Origin: Chiloscyllium plagiosum
Lineage: Eukaryota
DNA length: 64,000 nt
Direction: 5' to 3'
Assembly: GCF_004010195.1 (NCBI RefSeq)
Contig: NC_057743.1
Location: 21,987,809 to 22,051,808 of the forward strand
Position 1 is the first letter of the stretch, and every line of letters begins with the position of its first letter. Positions 24,597 to 37,125 of the stretch are shown one piece after another. The notes beneath the pieces were generated by a model, which was not told the origin of the DNA, ran no database searches, and worked only from the letters and a program-made list of their open reading frames with translations. A program made the position numbers and the translations under genes.

Positions 24597-27009
24597 TTAA
24601 ACACACAGACACACCCCAAAACTGCTGATAGGAGTGTTCCCATGCATTTAAATGGGAAATGTACCATTCCAGGGCAGCCCCCTAGTCTCTGGTTCAGAAA
24701 CATTCCCTATAATATGTTCCAGCTGCAGTAAACTGTGGGTAACTGAAACCACAGAAACCGGATAAGTGGGGATCACCCTGTATCTTCATTTCCAGTGATA
24801 CTATTGAGTGAATAACTCCATTCATACCTTTTTGGCTAGTTGCAGAACTAGTTGTACAGAATTCTTTAAACCTTTTTTGCAAGGTTTAATCAAATTTTGT
24901 GTTTGTGTTTGTGTTTACACATTAGCAACTGCAAAATTTGTTGGAGAGTTTAGCCTGCATTTTGCTTTGCAATATTTATCTTGAAGTAATTCAGTTGCAT
25001 ACTTAAAGTGACAGGTTAGTTTTGTGTCACTGATTAAGTAGATATTTTACGGGTAATAACTGCTGTTTGACACTCCCATTAGATTGAGTGCATATTTTTT
25101 CTTGTTTCCAATCATTTACTTTTAAACATCCTACTTCACAAAGTTCTGCTATGCACTGGGTTTCATTGACCGTTTACAATTTGAGTACTGTGAATGAAGA
25201 AATCCTGAAATTCCTAGTTCTGCAGACAGTGGGACACTCTAAAACCAATTACAAGTAATGATTTTATTTCTAATTTCTGCATGAGACAATTACTATTTTC
25301 CAACTTTTTGAGTTTCATAATGAAATCAAGCTTTGGGTTGACACTTTCGTGACGTCAGCTCTCAGTTTGTATCATTAAGATTGAATTGAACATACTGCAG
25401 GCAATGTAATATAAATTTAATTCAGATTTTTTTAGAATAGCATCAATAAAGAAGTTATTGACTTGGCTATTTTCAGATCACTAATGTAAAGCTTTTCTGG
25501 CATGGTATTTTCTATAGTTTTCTCCCCTTTGGATGTAATGAGAGGGTAATCAGAGCACCAGTCTGCTTCCTCATGGCTAAACTTTATCCCTCAATTAATC
25601 TCACAAAATAGAACATCTGGTTATTACTGCATTGATGTTTGTGGGAGCTGACTGGGTGCTGATTAACTGCTGTCTTAGATTTTAAACATAAAAAAGTGAC
25701 TATACCTGTACATTACAGCACTGTCATAATAACCTTTACATCAGCTATTGCCTCTGGAACAGCACAATGTGTTAAAATCCTATTAGGAAGATTGCAGCAC
25801 TGGACTGGCTCTGAGTAATGAACAACATAAAGATGGTAGAAAAATTAGAGACTAATGAACATGCCCTCCTTTAAGGTTCAACGAGGTGTGATAAGAAACA
25901 AAACAAATTGATTGCAGCAGAGGAAATTGCAAAAGAATACGGTGGCAGATGAAACTGGGAAAAGGGTGCAACAATAAATAGAAAATATTCAAATATTAGA
26001 AAAACACAGTAGAATATAGAGACATTCCACAGAGGAAAGAAAAGGCTTTCCTGCTTGAGTTTTACTGTCAATTTTAGCTAAAACAGGAGACAATGGGGGA
26101 TGTTGAGATTATAATCAAGATGAGAATTGTACAGGTATTTAAGGGTGAATGTGGAAATAAAAGGGTAATGAATAACTATTCATAAATAAGAGCCTCTTAT
26201 GTGTTGAAGATGCTGATAATTGATTGAGTAGATTGAAAGATGGACCACAAAAACTGGGCTGGTCCGAGTGATGATTGTAGTGAATAGAGGTTTCTCACAT
26301 TGACAGGTGGTAACAAGTGGAATAAGAACACATGGTGCTGGAGAAACTCAACAGATTTAGAACATCTGTGCAGACAGAAGTGAAATTAGCATTTCAAATC
26401 CAATATGAATCTTCTTCAAAACAGGAAAAAAAGTGAGAACGTGATGAGTGGAAAAAGGTGGGGGTAGGGGAGTAAGTGGGGAAAAAAGGAAAAGCTAGAG
26501 GATAAATAGCTATCACAGAACATCAGAACACATGTATTCAATGGATGCTGCAGGATTTGGCATTGTGATCTCTTTTTGTTCATCCTCCCTAACAAAATGT
26601 TCAAGCTTCCCCAGTCCTCATTTAATCTTGGGGGAAAAAAAGACCTCAAGGCCTGGCTAACTCAGCTGGTATAGTCTGCAATTCTGAACAGCTCTTTGGC
26701 GGTGGCAGTGTTCCTGTCTCTGAGCTACATAGTTTCAGGGCCAAGTCCCACCTGCTCCAGAGATATATCATAGTACGTCTGAACAGGGTAATTTAAAAAG
26801 AAATCCAAATCAATCCTCATCAACATTAGTGACCCTTGTAAGAGCTGCCTTTGTACACACTGTATATCATGATTTTAATAATAGGTCAATTAATAAATCT
26901 AAATTAAAATATTTTACAGAAGAAGAATTCTGGCTAAAGGAGAAATTGTAACTCAGCAAGGCATATGACACTTTTGCCTTTATCAGAACAGGGAGGTTCT
27001 TATATGATG

Positions 27010-27570
27010 TAAAAAAGTGTTGGTTAGGCCACAGCTGGAGTACTGTGTACAGTTCTGGTCATCACACTATCAGAAGGATGCGACTCCACTGGAGAGGGTG
27101 CGGAGAAGATTCAGCAGGATATTGCCTGGGGATTCAGCAGGATATTGCCTGGGATTTCAGCTCTGAAGGGGGGCTGTATAAGCTTTGGTTATTTTCTTTG
27201 AACAGGGAAGGGTGAGGGGGGGTCCTGATAGAGGTGTATAAGATTGAGTAACATGGACAGGGTGAGTAGAGAGCAGCTGCTTCCCATTGTTGAAGGGTCA
27301 ATAACAAGGGGCCACACTTTTTTGATGAAAGATAGGAGACTGAGAGGGAATATAAGGAAAACACTTGTGGGAATCTGGAATGCATTGCTTGGGAGGATAA
27401 TTGAGGCAGGAAATGTCATAATTTTTAAAAAAATACTTGAATGGGAATTTGAAATGTCATAACATTCAAGGCAACAAGCCTAGTGCTGGAAAATTGAACT
27501 AGTAGATTTAATGTAGTTTTGACAGAACAGATTTAATGGGCTGAAGAGCCTCTTTATACATATGATTCTA
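27010..27570 (+). mobile_element. CR1-type LINE 3' fragment
   Basis: LVRPQLEYCVQFWSSHYQKD..LERV motif and CR1 tail. Confidence 0.85.
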
Positions 27571-30500
27571 TAGTAAAATAGCCAGTGACACTAAGCTGAT
27601 TATAAGATCTCCCATTGGATATATTTTAAGGCATTGTGAGCTTTCTCTGTTAAGTAGGACGCCTTTAATTTATTAACAAGTTGCCAATTGTATTATATTT
27701 CTGTAATATAGGAATATTTTTAAAGAAATAAATAGCTTTTAAATGCAGAGTTGACTGTTAATCAGATTACCATATGATGTTACAAAAGGCTGATCTAAAC
27801 ACCTCATGGTATTTATTTGTACTGTATGCCCCTGCTTCTGAGTGGGAGGGGGAAATATTGGCTTGCACCTTGACAAGATGAAAAATAGTCACATGCCAGG
27901 TTCAGTGGTTTCTGCAAACGTAGTACACTGATGTCAGAAACTAAGCTGTGACCATATAATAACCACAAAGGTAACTGAGTAAATGTGAGGTTTTCAGCAT
28001 TTTAATGACAAATGCATCTAGCAGTCTGAGAACTGCTATGCTGCTGATGATCAGAAAATTCACAAGTCTGAATAATTTTCTGAAATTTCACCAGAAAAAG
28101 GAACATCAAATAGTTCACTTTGAACATTGCACTATTTGAAGTAGAATTTGATATACAGTAGGGTCAGAGTCTACATCCAAACCAGGCATGGTTTGAACCA
28201 CCTTTTCGTGGGCACATTAAGTCCCTTAAACATGTAAATATTGTGTTGTGCTGCCCCAAGTAGGCTATGATCCTTGTTTCCCAGTAATTGGATCTTGATT
28301 GTTTAAACTAAACGTTTTGATAATTTATTTGTGGGTTGTCAGTGCTGGTGGCTTGGCCAGCATTTATTACCCATCCCTAATGGCTCTGGAGAAGTAGGTA
28401 GTGAGCTGCCTTGAACCCTCCAGTCCATGGGCTATAGGGAGACCCAGAATCAAATTGTTATTATCAAATACAGCTGGAAGTATAATTGGCCCACAGGCAT
28501 CCTTGACTGATCAAGGTTAGAAACTGAAACCAGTTCACTGACCAAATGCAAGCAAAGTACTGTACTGCAGATGCTGAGAATCAGTAATAAAATCTGAAAG
28601 TGCTGGAAACATTAGCAGGTCTGCCAGATCCGCGGAGAAAGAAACAAAGTTAATGCTTCCAATTAACTCTTGTTTCTCTCTCCACAGATCTCGCTCGAGA
28701 TGCTGCGATCAAAGAGCAGCTGGCAGTTAGTGTTCCTAAACTGTTTTATAAGATCTGTCATTATATGCTTTTTAATGGGATGTGGCGTGACTAGAACTTA
28801 CTGCCCATCCCTAATTTTCTCTACCTTCTTGAATTACTGCATTCGTTATGGTGTTTTGACGTCCATAATGCTGTTGGGTAGGGGGTTCCAGCATTTTGAC
28901 CCAGCAACACTGAAGGAGCAGTGATATATTTCCAAGTCAGCATGGTAAGTGGCTTGGATGGGAATTTGTAGATAATGGTTTTCCCATTTATCTGCAGCCT
29001 TTATCCGAGATGATAGAGATCATGCATTTGAAAGGTGCTATCCGAGGAATCTTGGTGAGTTACAGCTTTGTATCTTTATGCTGTATAGAGTGTATTGCTG
29101 TGGTATTTCAAGGATTATTTGAATAATGAATAAAGTAACATACGCATTGACTGGCCACCCCTTTTGGTGGCCAATGCATGCAGGGAAGAAAATCAAAATT
29201 TGTGCTTCGTTTGATCAAATTCAATAGTTCACAGGAGTTGGAAATCAGTAAAAGCTCAATTATTTAGAGGAATTGTGCACTGTTGTCAAAATGGTTAAGA
29301 CGTGGGGAGAGACCTGGAGCACTATTTCAATTATCAAGACATAAGAGCGTTGCTCTTAGACAGGCGCATGCGCAGGCGGATGGGATTAGTTGAGAATGGC
29401 ATCCTGGTTGGTACAGACAATGGTGGGTCGAACGGCCTGTTCCTGTGCTGGATGGATCAAGCCTGAGTGGATCAAGCCAACTGGCTGTCGTTAACCAGGG
29501 GAAGTAAAGAACAGAATTGAAACAAATGCTGTGTGACATCAAGGAAATAGAACTCTGACTTACTCGGGGAAGTTTGAATGATTCAGCTCTACGTAATATA
29601 CTGTCATTCAGGAGAAGTCACGCACTTCTCTATCCGATATTTCGATACTAAATTCAAAGAGCTGTTGGCCACAAATAGAGTCTCATCAATCATTTCGCTG
29701 GTTCAAAGCCTCCCTAACATATGTTAGTTCATTGAGGGTTAAATAAAACCTTAATCAACTCCATGTTCGGGAGGATCTGGTTGAAGCAGGGTCTGTAGTC
29801 CTCGACAGAAATTGCTTTTCCAAATAGGAATTATCTTCTGTCCCAACTTAACACGGGATATGACAGAGAATTAGGTGAAATGTAATCACAGGCTCCAGTT
29901 TGGACCGAGTGTTCAGCGTGGTGTCGCTCGTTAAGTGGACAGCTCTCCCTAATCATCATCATTGCACTTCCTCGATCTTATAGATCAAAGTGGAGGGCAC
30001 AGCACCATTCAAGAGAGAAACAGAGTTTCCAATCTAATAATAACACGCATTTGAAATTCCGCTTGCACAGCTTTGACGGATGGCTGAAATAACGAGGCTG
30101 GGCCAAGGAATGGGATCAACTGTTTTACATCAAAGGGGATTTCAGATGGAGGCAACCCCATGTTTAGGAAACTGTTAATCAACAGGTTTTCCTGGCTGCC
30201 TGAGATAAAGTGGCCAACTCAGGCATTTAATTCCCTGAACACTGGCAAATTATTTATTCAGCTGAGGAGATCCGCCAGTGTTCGGTATCTGATGACCAAT
30301 TTCAGTAACTGGTATCTTGAGTTGATTCTTCAGCTGAAACGTCATATAGACGGAGCCTGAAGTGTCACCTTGACTGTAATCAAGATGAACACTGACCTTC
30401 CTGTCACAAATTATTTTACAAGTGATCTCAGTTCGTGTTTGAGTCATCCAGAAACCGCAAAGGATGTGCTCGTGACCGTGAGCAAAAGGTGCAAATCCCT

Positions 30501-30989
30501 GGTATTGATTCAACTAGAACACAGAGGCTTTGAGACATTCTGGGCTATTTTACGAGAAAAAGATTCGATTGCCACCCCCAAATAGTCAGCAGTCCGGGTC
30601 TCAAATGAGAAATCCAACTTCAGAAATCACTGCAAAAAGCTGAAGGTTTTCCCACTGAGAAGGGTCAGGGCAGATGAACCCTCGACTTTTCTGCCGAAGG
30701 CAGTGAAGGACAAGTCAGTTCGCGCAAGGATCGTTAATGGGCTAAGGTGGTAGTATCCTTATCACGGACCAGGAGGCCCCGGGTTCAAGTCCCCACTGCT
30801 CCAGAGGTGTGTTATAATATTTCTGAACAGGTGAATTAGAAAAATGGACAAAATTTTTAAAAAGCCAAATACACCGTTTCCTTTGTTGGGGAAGTCCAGT
30901 CCAAGTAGGCATGACCCGCACTAAGTTAAAACTTAGGACATTCCTTGGTACTTCAGAAACCCCTTAAAAAGAAACAAAAAGTAGGATGA

Positions 30990-31095
30990 GGGACTCCTGT
31001 GGTGCAATGATAGTGTCTCTACCTCTGAGCCCACAGACATGGGTTCAAGCCTCACCTGCTCCAGAGGTGTGGGTAATATCATCTCTAAACACATA
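30990..31095 (+). mobile_element. tRNA-headed SINE fragment (related copies at about 26700-26790 and 30740-30840)
   Basis: tggtgcaatgatagtgtc..gggttcaagcctcacctgctccagaggtgtg is shared among three copies. Confidence 0.6.
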
Positions 31096-31739
31096 GAGGT
31101 ATTTGGTAGGGTAACATGGGATGTTTCTTTGTCCCTATCCACCTACTCTAGACCCAGAACTAGACAAATTCCTAACCAGTGTCATAGAAGCATCATAGCT
31201 TTATGTTGAACGCTGTACCACGAAAACAGGATATTCATTATGACCAGTACTATATCAATAGTTAAAATATTGGTTTCAAGAGACAATGATGACTAAAACA
31301 TTGTACATCTTCTACTACCCACTTATTAAATGGTGGGAAAATAATATCTGTACAACTGAAAATATGCCAGTAGGCGTTGATGCTTTTCAAATGTTACTCA
31401 GTACAAAAGTCATACAGTAATTTAGCAGTTATACACTTCTACCCACATCCAAAAATAATGGAAAGTTCATGCAAATTTCAGCAGGAATATTCAAACACAT
31501 ACAGAAAATAGCTGTGTGATAGACAGGCAATCATCAGTTCTGTGGCTTTTAATGGGAAATTCTAATTCCACTAGGCAGCAAATGGAGTTCAATGCAGTCA
31601 CAGCTAGAGGAGAGTAGGTGTGTCTTCATAAAAAGTAAAGGAAATTTCCAGTCACTTTATCTAAAGATCATGATTCACCCATTGGGAAGAATGAAGAATG
31701 ACCTTTCCCTGAAATTCTGATGAATATTCATTTTAGCAA

Positions 31740-32285
31740 TTTTTGAGAAGATTTGACGATAAGTATGTATGTTAGCTCACTGAGCTGTAAGGTTTGTTTT
31801 CTCCTAATTTGTCCGATGTGGTGTTTTCAGATGTTTCATTACCATACTAGGTAACATCATCAGTGAGAGTCTACGATGAAGTGCTAGTGGTATGTCCCAA
31901 CTCTCTACTTATAGGTCTTGGTTTCTTAAGGTCATTTCCGATTCTTTTTACAAGGGAAGGTAGATAGGATCTAAATCCATGTGTTTATTGATGGAGTTCT
32001 GGTTAGAGTGCAATGCCTCTAAGAATTTTTGTGTGTGACTTTGTTTCGCTTGTCCCAGGATGTGCGTGCTGTCCCAGTCAAAGTGGTGTCCTTCTTTATC
32101 TCTATGTAGTGACAATGGGTCATGTCTTTTGGTGGCCAGTTGATGTTCATGTATCCTGGTGGCAAGTTTCGTCCTAGTTTGTCCGATGTAGTGTTTTTTC
32201 TTACAGTTCTTGCATGGTATCTTGTAAATGATGTTAGATTTCTGGTAGTATCTAATGTTTCCTTTAGTTCCATTACCACACACTT
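31740..32285 (-). mobile_element. Penelope-like (Poseidon-type) 3' fragment
   Basis: NIIYKIPCKNCKKKHYIGQTRTKLATRIHEHQLATKRHD (GIY-YIG). Confidence 0.9.
31827..31866 (-). ncRNA. Minimal type I hammerhead ribozyme, intact core
   Basis: Minus strand reads UCA-CUGAUGA-U-GUUACC(UAGUAU)GGUAAU-GAAA-CA-UC-UGA. Differences from the expected consensus are CpG-decay type. Confidence 0.7.
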
Positions 32286-32292
32286 AAACAGC

Positions 32293-32827
32293 GACACTTT
32301 TGGAGAACGATGTGCAATTCTGGTCTCTTTCCTATTGGAAGGATGTTGTGAAACTTGAAAGGATTCAGAAAAGATTTACAAGGATGTTGCCAGGGTTGGA
32401 GGATTTGAGCTCTAGGGAGACATTGAATAGGCTGGAGCTGTTTTCCCTGGACCATCGGAGGCTGAGGTTTTTAAAAGTATGAGGGGCATGGATAAGATTA
32501 ATAGACAAAGTCTCTTCCCTGGGGTGGAGGAGTCCAGAACTAGAGGGTATAGGTTTAGGGGGAGAGGGGAAAGATATAAACAGGCCTAAGGGGCAATCTT
32601 TTCACGCAGAGGATGGTACATGCATAGAATGAGCTGCTAGAGGAAGTGGTGGAGGCTGGTACAATTGCAAAATTTAAAAGGCATCTGGATGGGTATATGA
32701 ATAGGAAGGGTTTGGAGGGATATGGGCCGGATGCTGGCAAGTGGGACAAGATTATGTTGGGATATCTGGTTGGCATGGACGAATTGGACTCAAGGGTCAG
32801 TTTCTGTGTTGTACATCTCTATGACTC
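32293..32827 (+). mobile_element. CR1-type LINE 3' fragment
   Basis: VQFWSLSYWKDVVKLERIQKRFTRMLPGLE and tail ctctatgactc. Confidence 0.9.
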
Positions 32828-34329
32828 AAAATCATCCAGAGGAGTATGGTGGATCATTTGCTTTTAGTTCCTAAACAAGATACAGGAACAGGGAGACCAG
32901 AATGTCCACAGACCTAAAATCCACGTTTCAAAACATTTTTCACAGTGTACCTAAACAACTTCACACTGCCCCTCTCAACCCAGCCTCTTCTGCACACCTT
33001 CATGTACCACATGCTCTGAAACCCTGGGCAAATTGTTTAACATAAAACACAAGGAAACACACTTGGAGAAAAGAGGAAGGTGAATCCCTGTGTTACATCA
33101 GGCCAATGTTTCTTCTGCTGTCATGAAATAGCCTGGGGAATTTATAGTGGACAGCATTTCCCCGAAATGGCCCCTATTGGACTTGGCAAAAAAAAAATCT
33201 CAGTCAAGGAAAATCCCAAGATTCATTCCTGGTTTGTGCTGAGGTAACAGATTCCAATTCGGGCAACCCTAGAATTTATTTCAGCGCCACAGGGTTAGGA
33301 AGGTCCTCAAAATGGCAAGGTTGCAAATTTTCCATTTAAAAAACATAGTAATTATATTTTTAGGATTTATACTTTGGGTTTTGCCATATATTAATTTGGT
33401 TTACTCATCTTCAATTACTCATGTTTGAGTCCCAACCATGAGTGTCTTTCTCTGTCTGTAAATTCAGCTCAGCCTTTACTAATATATAGCTAAACAGCAA
33501 AACCTGCTTGATCATTGCTTTTTGAGACTGGATTATCTTATAGCAGTATAAAGTCTCACTTCAGTCTTCAAAACTGATAATCCATCACAATAGATCATGC
33601 TTATCTATAAAGTTTAAAATATGAAGTGAAACTATTACACAAACAGCAAATTGAATAACAAAGTTATACATCAACAATAAAGCATCTTTCATCAAATTCA
33701 CAAAATACATCGTGTGATCAAGGATTATAACTCAATGATCTACACAACTCCTTTAAATGTAGTATTTCACATCATTTTCGGTAATCTCCAACCCATCTTT
33801 GCCTGGCTTATCTGAATTCCCAGAGTCTGTCTCACAGGATATTCTATTAGGCAGCTCTATGTAGAGCAGAAGAACCTTAGCATCCTGGAAATGAATGACT
33901 GGGCTGTCGAAAACTAGATACTCAATACAAACTGCATTAAATCGCAAAGTCTGGATGCACGTGTGAAAATTGAGCCTTAGATTCCAGTCAGCTCAAACCT
34001 GTTACTAAGGAGGCCACATAATTGGATCAGTTTAGGAAACGTTTAGCTGAATTTTAAATTCTGCAAAGGCATAAAGACTAGTATTTTAAAAGAAAGATAG
34101 TGATCAAGTCTGCAACTTTCACACACGGGTCATTCACAGAATGCTCTGACAAAGGGAATTCCTGTATCTCGCACGTAAAAAATGTGTTCAAGTTAAAAAT
34201 TGGTTGCAGTGAATGGTTGAGAATGTGGTCGGGAATGAAGGTTTCAGCATCTGCAGTGTTTGAAGCTTTAGCTCTTGGTATGCAAACACCAAGTGTCACT
34301 ACACACTGAGGTTCTGCTTGGCTCTGGTG

Positions 34330-34995
34330 TTACAAAAGGATTGGTCTGGTCACATTGCTTGGAACACTCCAATTAAAAAGGACCATACCATCATTCATGT
34401 TGAAAAATTTGGAAGGAAAACCTTTTTGGTCACATGTCCTTCAGGCAGTGGTCAGCATGTAGCGTCCTTGAGACCCTGCGGGTAAAGGAGAGGGTGGATC
34501 CTGACACATGGTTCCCTGAGCAGACTAACATTCATTTGACAGAATACCTCATCACCAGAACTCTCCAACAAGCATCAAGACATAGCTTGGCTGGTGAGAA
34601 GGGCACTGCCTGTCAGATCCTTCATGCATGCCCAGTCTCTGTGCACCATCGCACAGACAGTCACACGTCTGTGTAACAGTCTGGAATGTGCCTTTGCAAA
34701 GAAGGTCTGGAGAGAGATGCACTGGTTTTTGTTGAGGTTTTTCCCAAGCAGCTCAGTGACACAGGACTCTGTGCTCCACATTTTGTTCCCCGGGATGCAC
34801 ACCGAGACAAACATTGACTACGTCCGAAAGACCATCAACTCAGTGAAAGACTGTCTTTTTGGTCTCCCTGGGGTGCAAAGATCTCAATCACGTGTTGCAG
34901 ACTGGCACATTCCAAGGGACAGGACTATGTGCTGAGGGACGCACTAAACCTTGGAGCAGCTGCTGTCAAGGTACATTGGTCTTTCGCCAATGTCT
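34330..34995 (+). mobile_element. L1/Tx1-type LINE ORF2 C-terminal (zf-RVT region) fragment
   Basis: RRALPVRSFMHA..ECAFAKKVWREMHWFLLRF..LFPG..INSVKD, characteristic of the Tx1/L1 ORF2 C-terminus. Confidence 0.75.
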
Positions 34996-35314
34996 AAGAT
35001 CTTTTTGTCAAAGTATATAGCAAGGGTCTGTTCAGTTCAACATCCCCTCATATATTTACTGGGAACCCACATTATTTCTTGTCATGTTTTGATAAGCTGA
35101 TTGGTGAAGATGAGGTGGGATATCATAATTTTATTGGATCCTATGCAATGTCCAAACTGAACTGCTCTGCATTGCATCTAGAGATAATGTATGGTTAGAT
35201 TGTTTTGCAATAAAATTAAAATTCATAGCTTTAATGGGAATGAAAATAGTTTCTTGTCACTTTGTGTGCGATATAATTGAAGCTCAAAATTAGGAATGCC
35301 ATCACGTTATGCAT

Positions 35315-35518
35315 AGTCTAGATTACAGTGGTGCTGGAAAAGCACAGCAGGTCAGGCAGCAATCGAGGAGCAGGAAAATCGACGTTTCAGGAAAAAGCCC
35401 TTCATCATGAAAACGTCGATTTTCTTGCTCCTCGGATGCTGCCTGAACTGCTGTGCTTTTCCAGCACCACTCTAATCTAGACTCTGGTTTCCAGCATCTG
35501 CAGTCCTTGTTTTTACCT
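35315..35518. mobile_element. Fold-back Penelope-derived short element with a 14-bp target-site duplication
   Basis: Arms 35315-35388 and 35410-35483 are reverse complements. atcacgttatgcat occurs at 35301-35314 and 35519-35532. Confidence 0.85.
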
Positions 35519-35643
35519 ATCACGTTATGCATTGTCCGAAGTGAACTGCTTGGTATGGGAGCTGTGGAGAAGTTATATTTTTGCAATGGTATACACTGCC
35601 CGCAATGGGATGGCTGGACTTTGGGTGAGTGGTGCCGAGCTCT

Positions 35644-36605
35644 CTAGCTTCTGTGGACACGGTGGTGGCCGATCAGGTTGGACGCGCTCTTGAAGCCCTT
35701 GCCGCACTGCAGGCAGCGGTAGGGCCGGTCCTCGGAGTGCGTGCGGTAGTGGACCTGCATGGTGGAGGTCTGGCGGAAAGCCTTGGCGCAGATCGGGCAG
35801 CTGTACGGCCTCTCGCCGGTGTGGGTGCGCCGGTGCCGCACCAGGGTCGAGTTCTGCTTGAAGCCGCGGCCGCAGGTCTCGCAGCGGTAGGGCGGCTCGC
35901 CAGTGTGGGCCCGCCGGTGGTGCGCCAGCAGGCGGCCCGGGTTGGAGAAGCTCTGGCCGCAGGTCGGGCAGCAGCAGCAGGACGGCGAGGAGGAGTCCGG
36001 CTCCCCGGAGTGAGTGCGCCGGTGCGTGGCCAAGTGGTGCGAGTGCAGGAAGCGGCGGCCGCACGCCTCGCAGGCGAAGCGCCGCTCCCCGCCGTGGATG
36101 CGCCGGTGCTTGGACAGGTTGGACGAGGTCTTGAAGCTCTTGCCGCAGTCCGGGCAGCGGTAAGGCCGCTCCTCGCCGTGGATGCGCCGGTGCACCGCCA
36201 TGGTGGAGGACTGGCGGAAGGCCTTGCCGCACACCGGGCACGGATACGGCTTCTCGCCGGTGTGGGTGCGCTGGTGGGTGACCAGGTGGTGCAGCTGCAC
36301 AAACTCACGGCCGCACAGCCGGCACTTGTACTGCTTCTCGCCGCTGTGCACCAGCCGGTGGATCAGCAGGTTGTACGAGGTGCTGAAGCGCTTGCCACAC
36401 GCCGGGCAGTGGAACGGCCTCTCGCCCGTGTGCACCCGGCCGTGCCTCTTCAGGTCGCAGTACTGCTTGAAGCTCTTGCCGCATTCGCTGCAGATGAAGC
36501 GCTTCTGGCCGTACTGCCTGGGCTTCTTAGCTGGCCCGGCTGCAGGGAGCTCGCCTTCCGCAGCCTCCCCCTCTGGCTGCCGGTCAGTCTCTGTCAGGCC
36601 TCCTC
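35644..36605 (-). CDS. C2H2 zinc-finger protein, main exon (10 fingers)
   Basis: Ten CxxC-x12-HxxxH units with TGEKPY-type linkers and no disruptions. Acceptor tgttgtgttgcag|GA at 36605, phase 1; stop at 35644. Confidence 0.95.
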
Positions 36606-36894
36606 CTGCAACACAACAGGCGCATGTTAGCTCCACCACCCTCCCTCAGGTACACACTGTGACCCCCTGCTCCCTGGGCAACACGCCACGATTCATACTT
36701 CTCCACCCAAATCCATCCAGCTCCTACAACCGCAGTTTCACTAGGGAGACAACTTGCACATTACTGCTAGGATAAGAGCCAGCTGCTGGAAAAACGCATC
36801 CGAGAAGCAAGAGAATCGACGCTTCAGGTAGAAGCCCTTCCTTCATCAGGAATGGGGTGAGGGATTCCTAAGGAGATGCCTGGAACGGTAGCAG

Positions 36895-37125
36895 AGGTAA
36901 AGACAGAAGTTACTATGAAAGCTCAGCAGGTCCGGTAGTAATTATGGAGAGAAATCAGAGTTAAACATTTCGGTTCTAGTGCCACTTCCTCAAATTCTAG
37001 GTTTTGATGAAGGGTCACTAGACCCAAAACGTTAACTCTGATTTCTCTACACAACTACCAGACCTGCTGAGCATTTCCAGCAATTTCTGGCCCTTGTTTC
37101 TGATGTACAGCAGCTGTAATGAGTT
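36895..37125. mobile_element. Fold-back Penelope-derived short element with degenerate hammerheads
   Basis: 36921-37071 is palindromic (gctcagcaggtc..gacctgctgagc). Contains TTGATGA-A-GGGTC(ACTA)GACCC-AAAACGTT. Confidence 0.7.

Noticed and set aside
27108-27153. Tandem 23-bp duplication gattcagcaggatattgcctggg
   Set aside because: Local slippage inside a decayed CR1; only two units, not an array.
31803-31826. 24-bp segment repeated from 32173-32197 within the Penelope fragment
   Set aside because: Most simply a template switch or local rearrangement in a dead element.
33753-33884. Possible minus-strand terminal exon (DAKVLLLYIELPNR...VKYYI*)
   Set aside because: It has an acceptor-like site but is short and phase 0, so it is incompatible with the ZNF phase-1 donor. 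No recognisable homology.
35573-36775. Long overlapping ORFs around the ZNF exon (333 aa on +, 222 and 211 aa on -, 197 aa on +)
   Set aside because: Expected shadows of a very high-GC3 coding exon; low-complexity translations with no independent signals.
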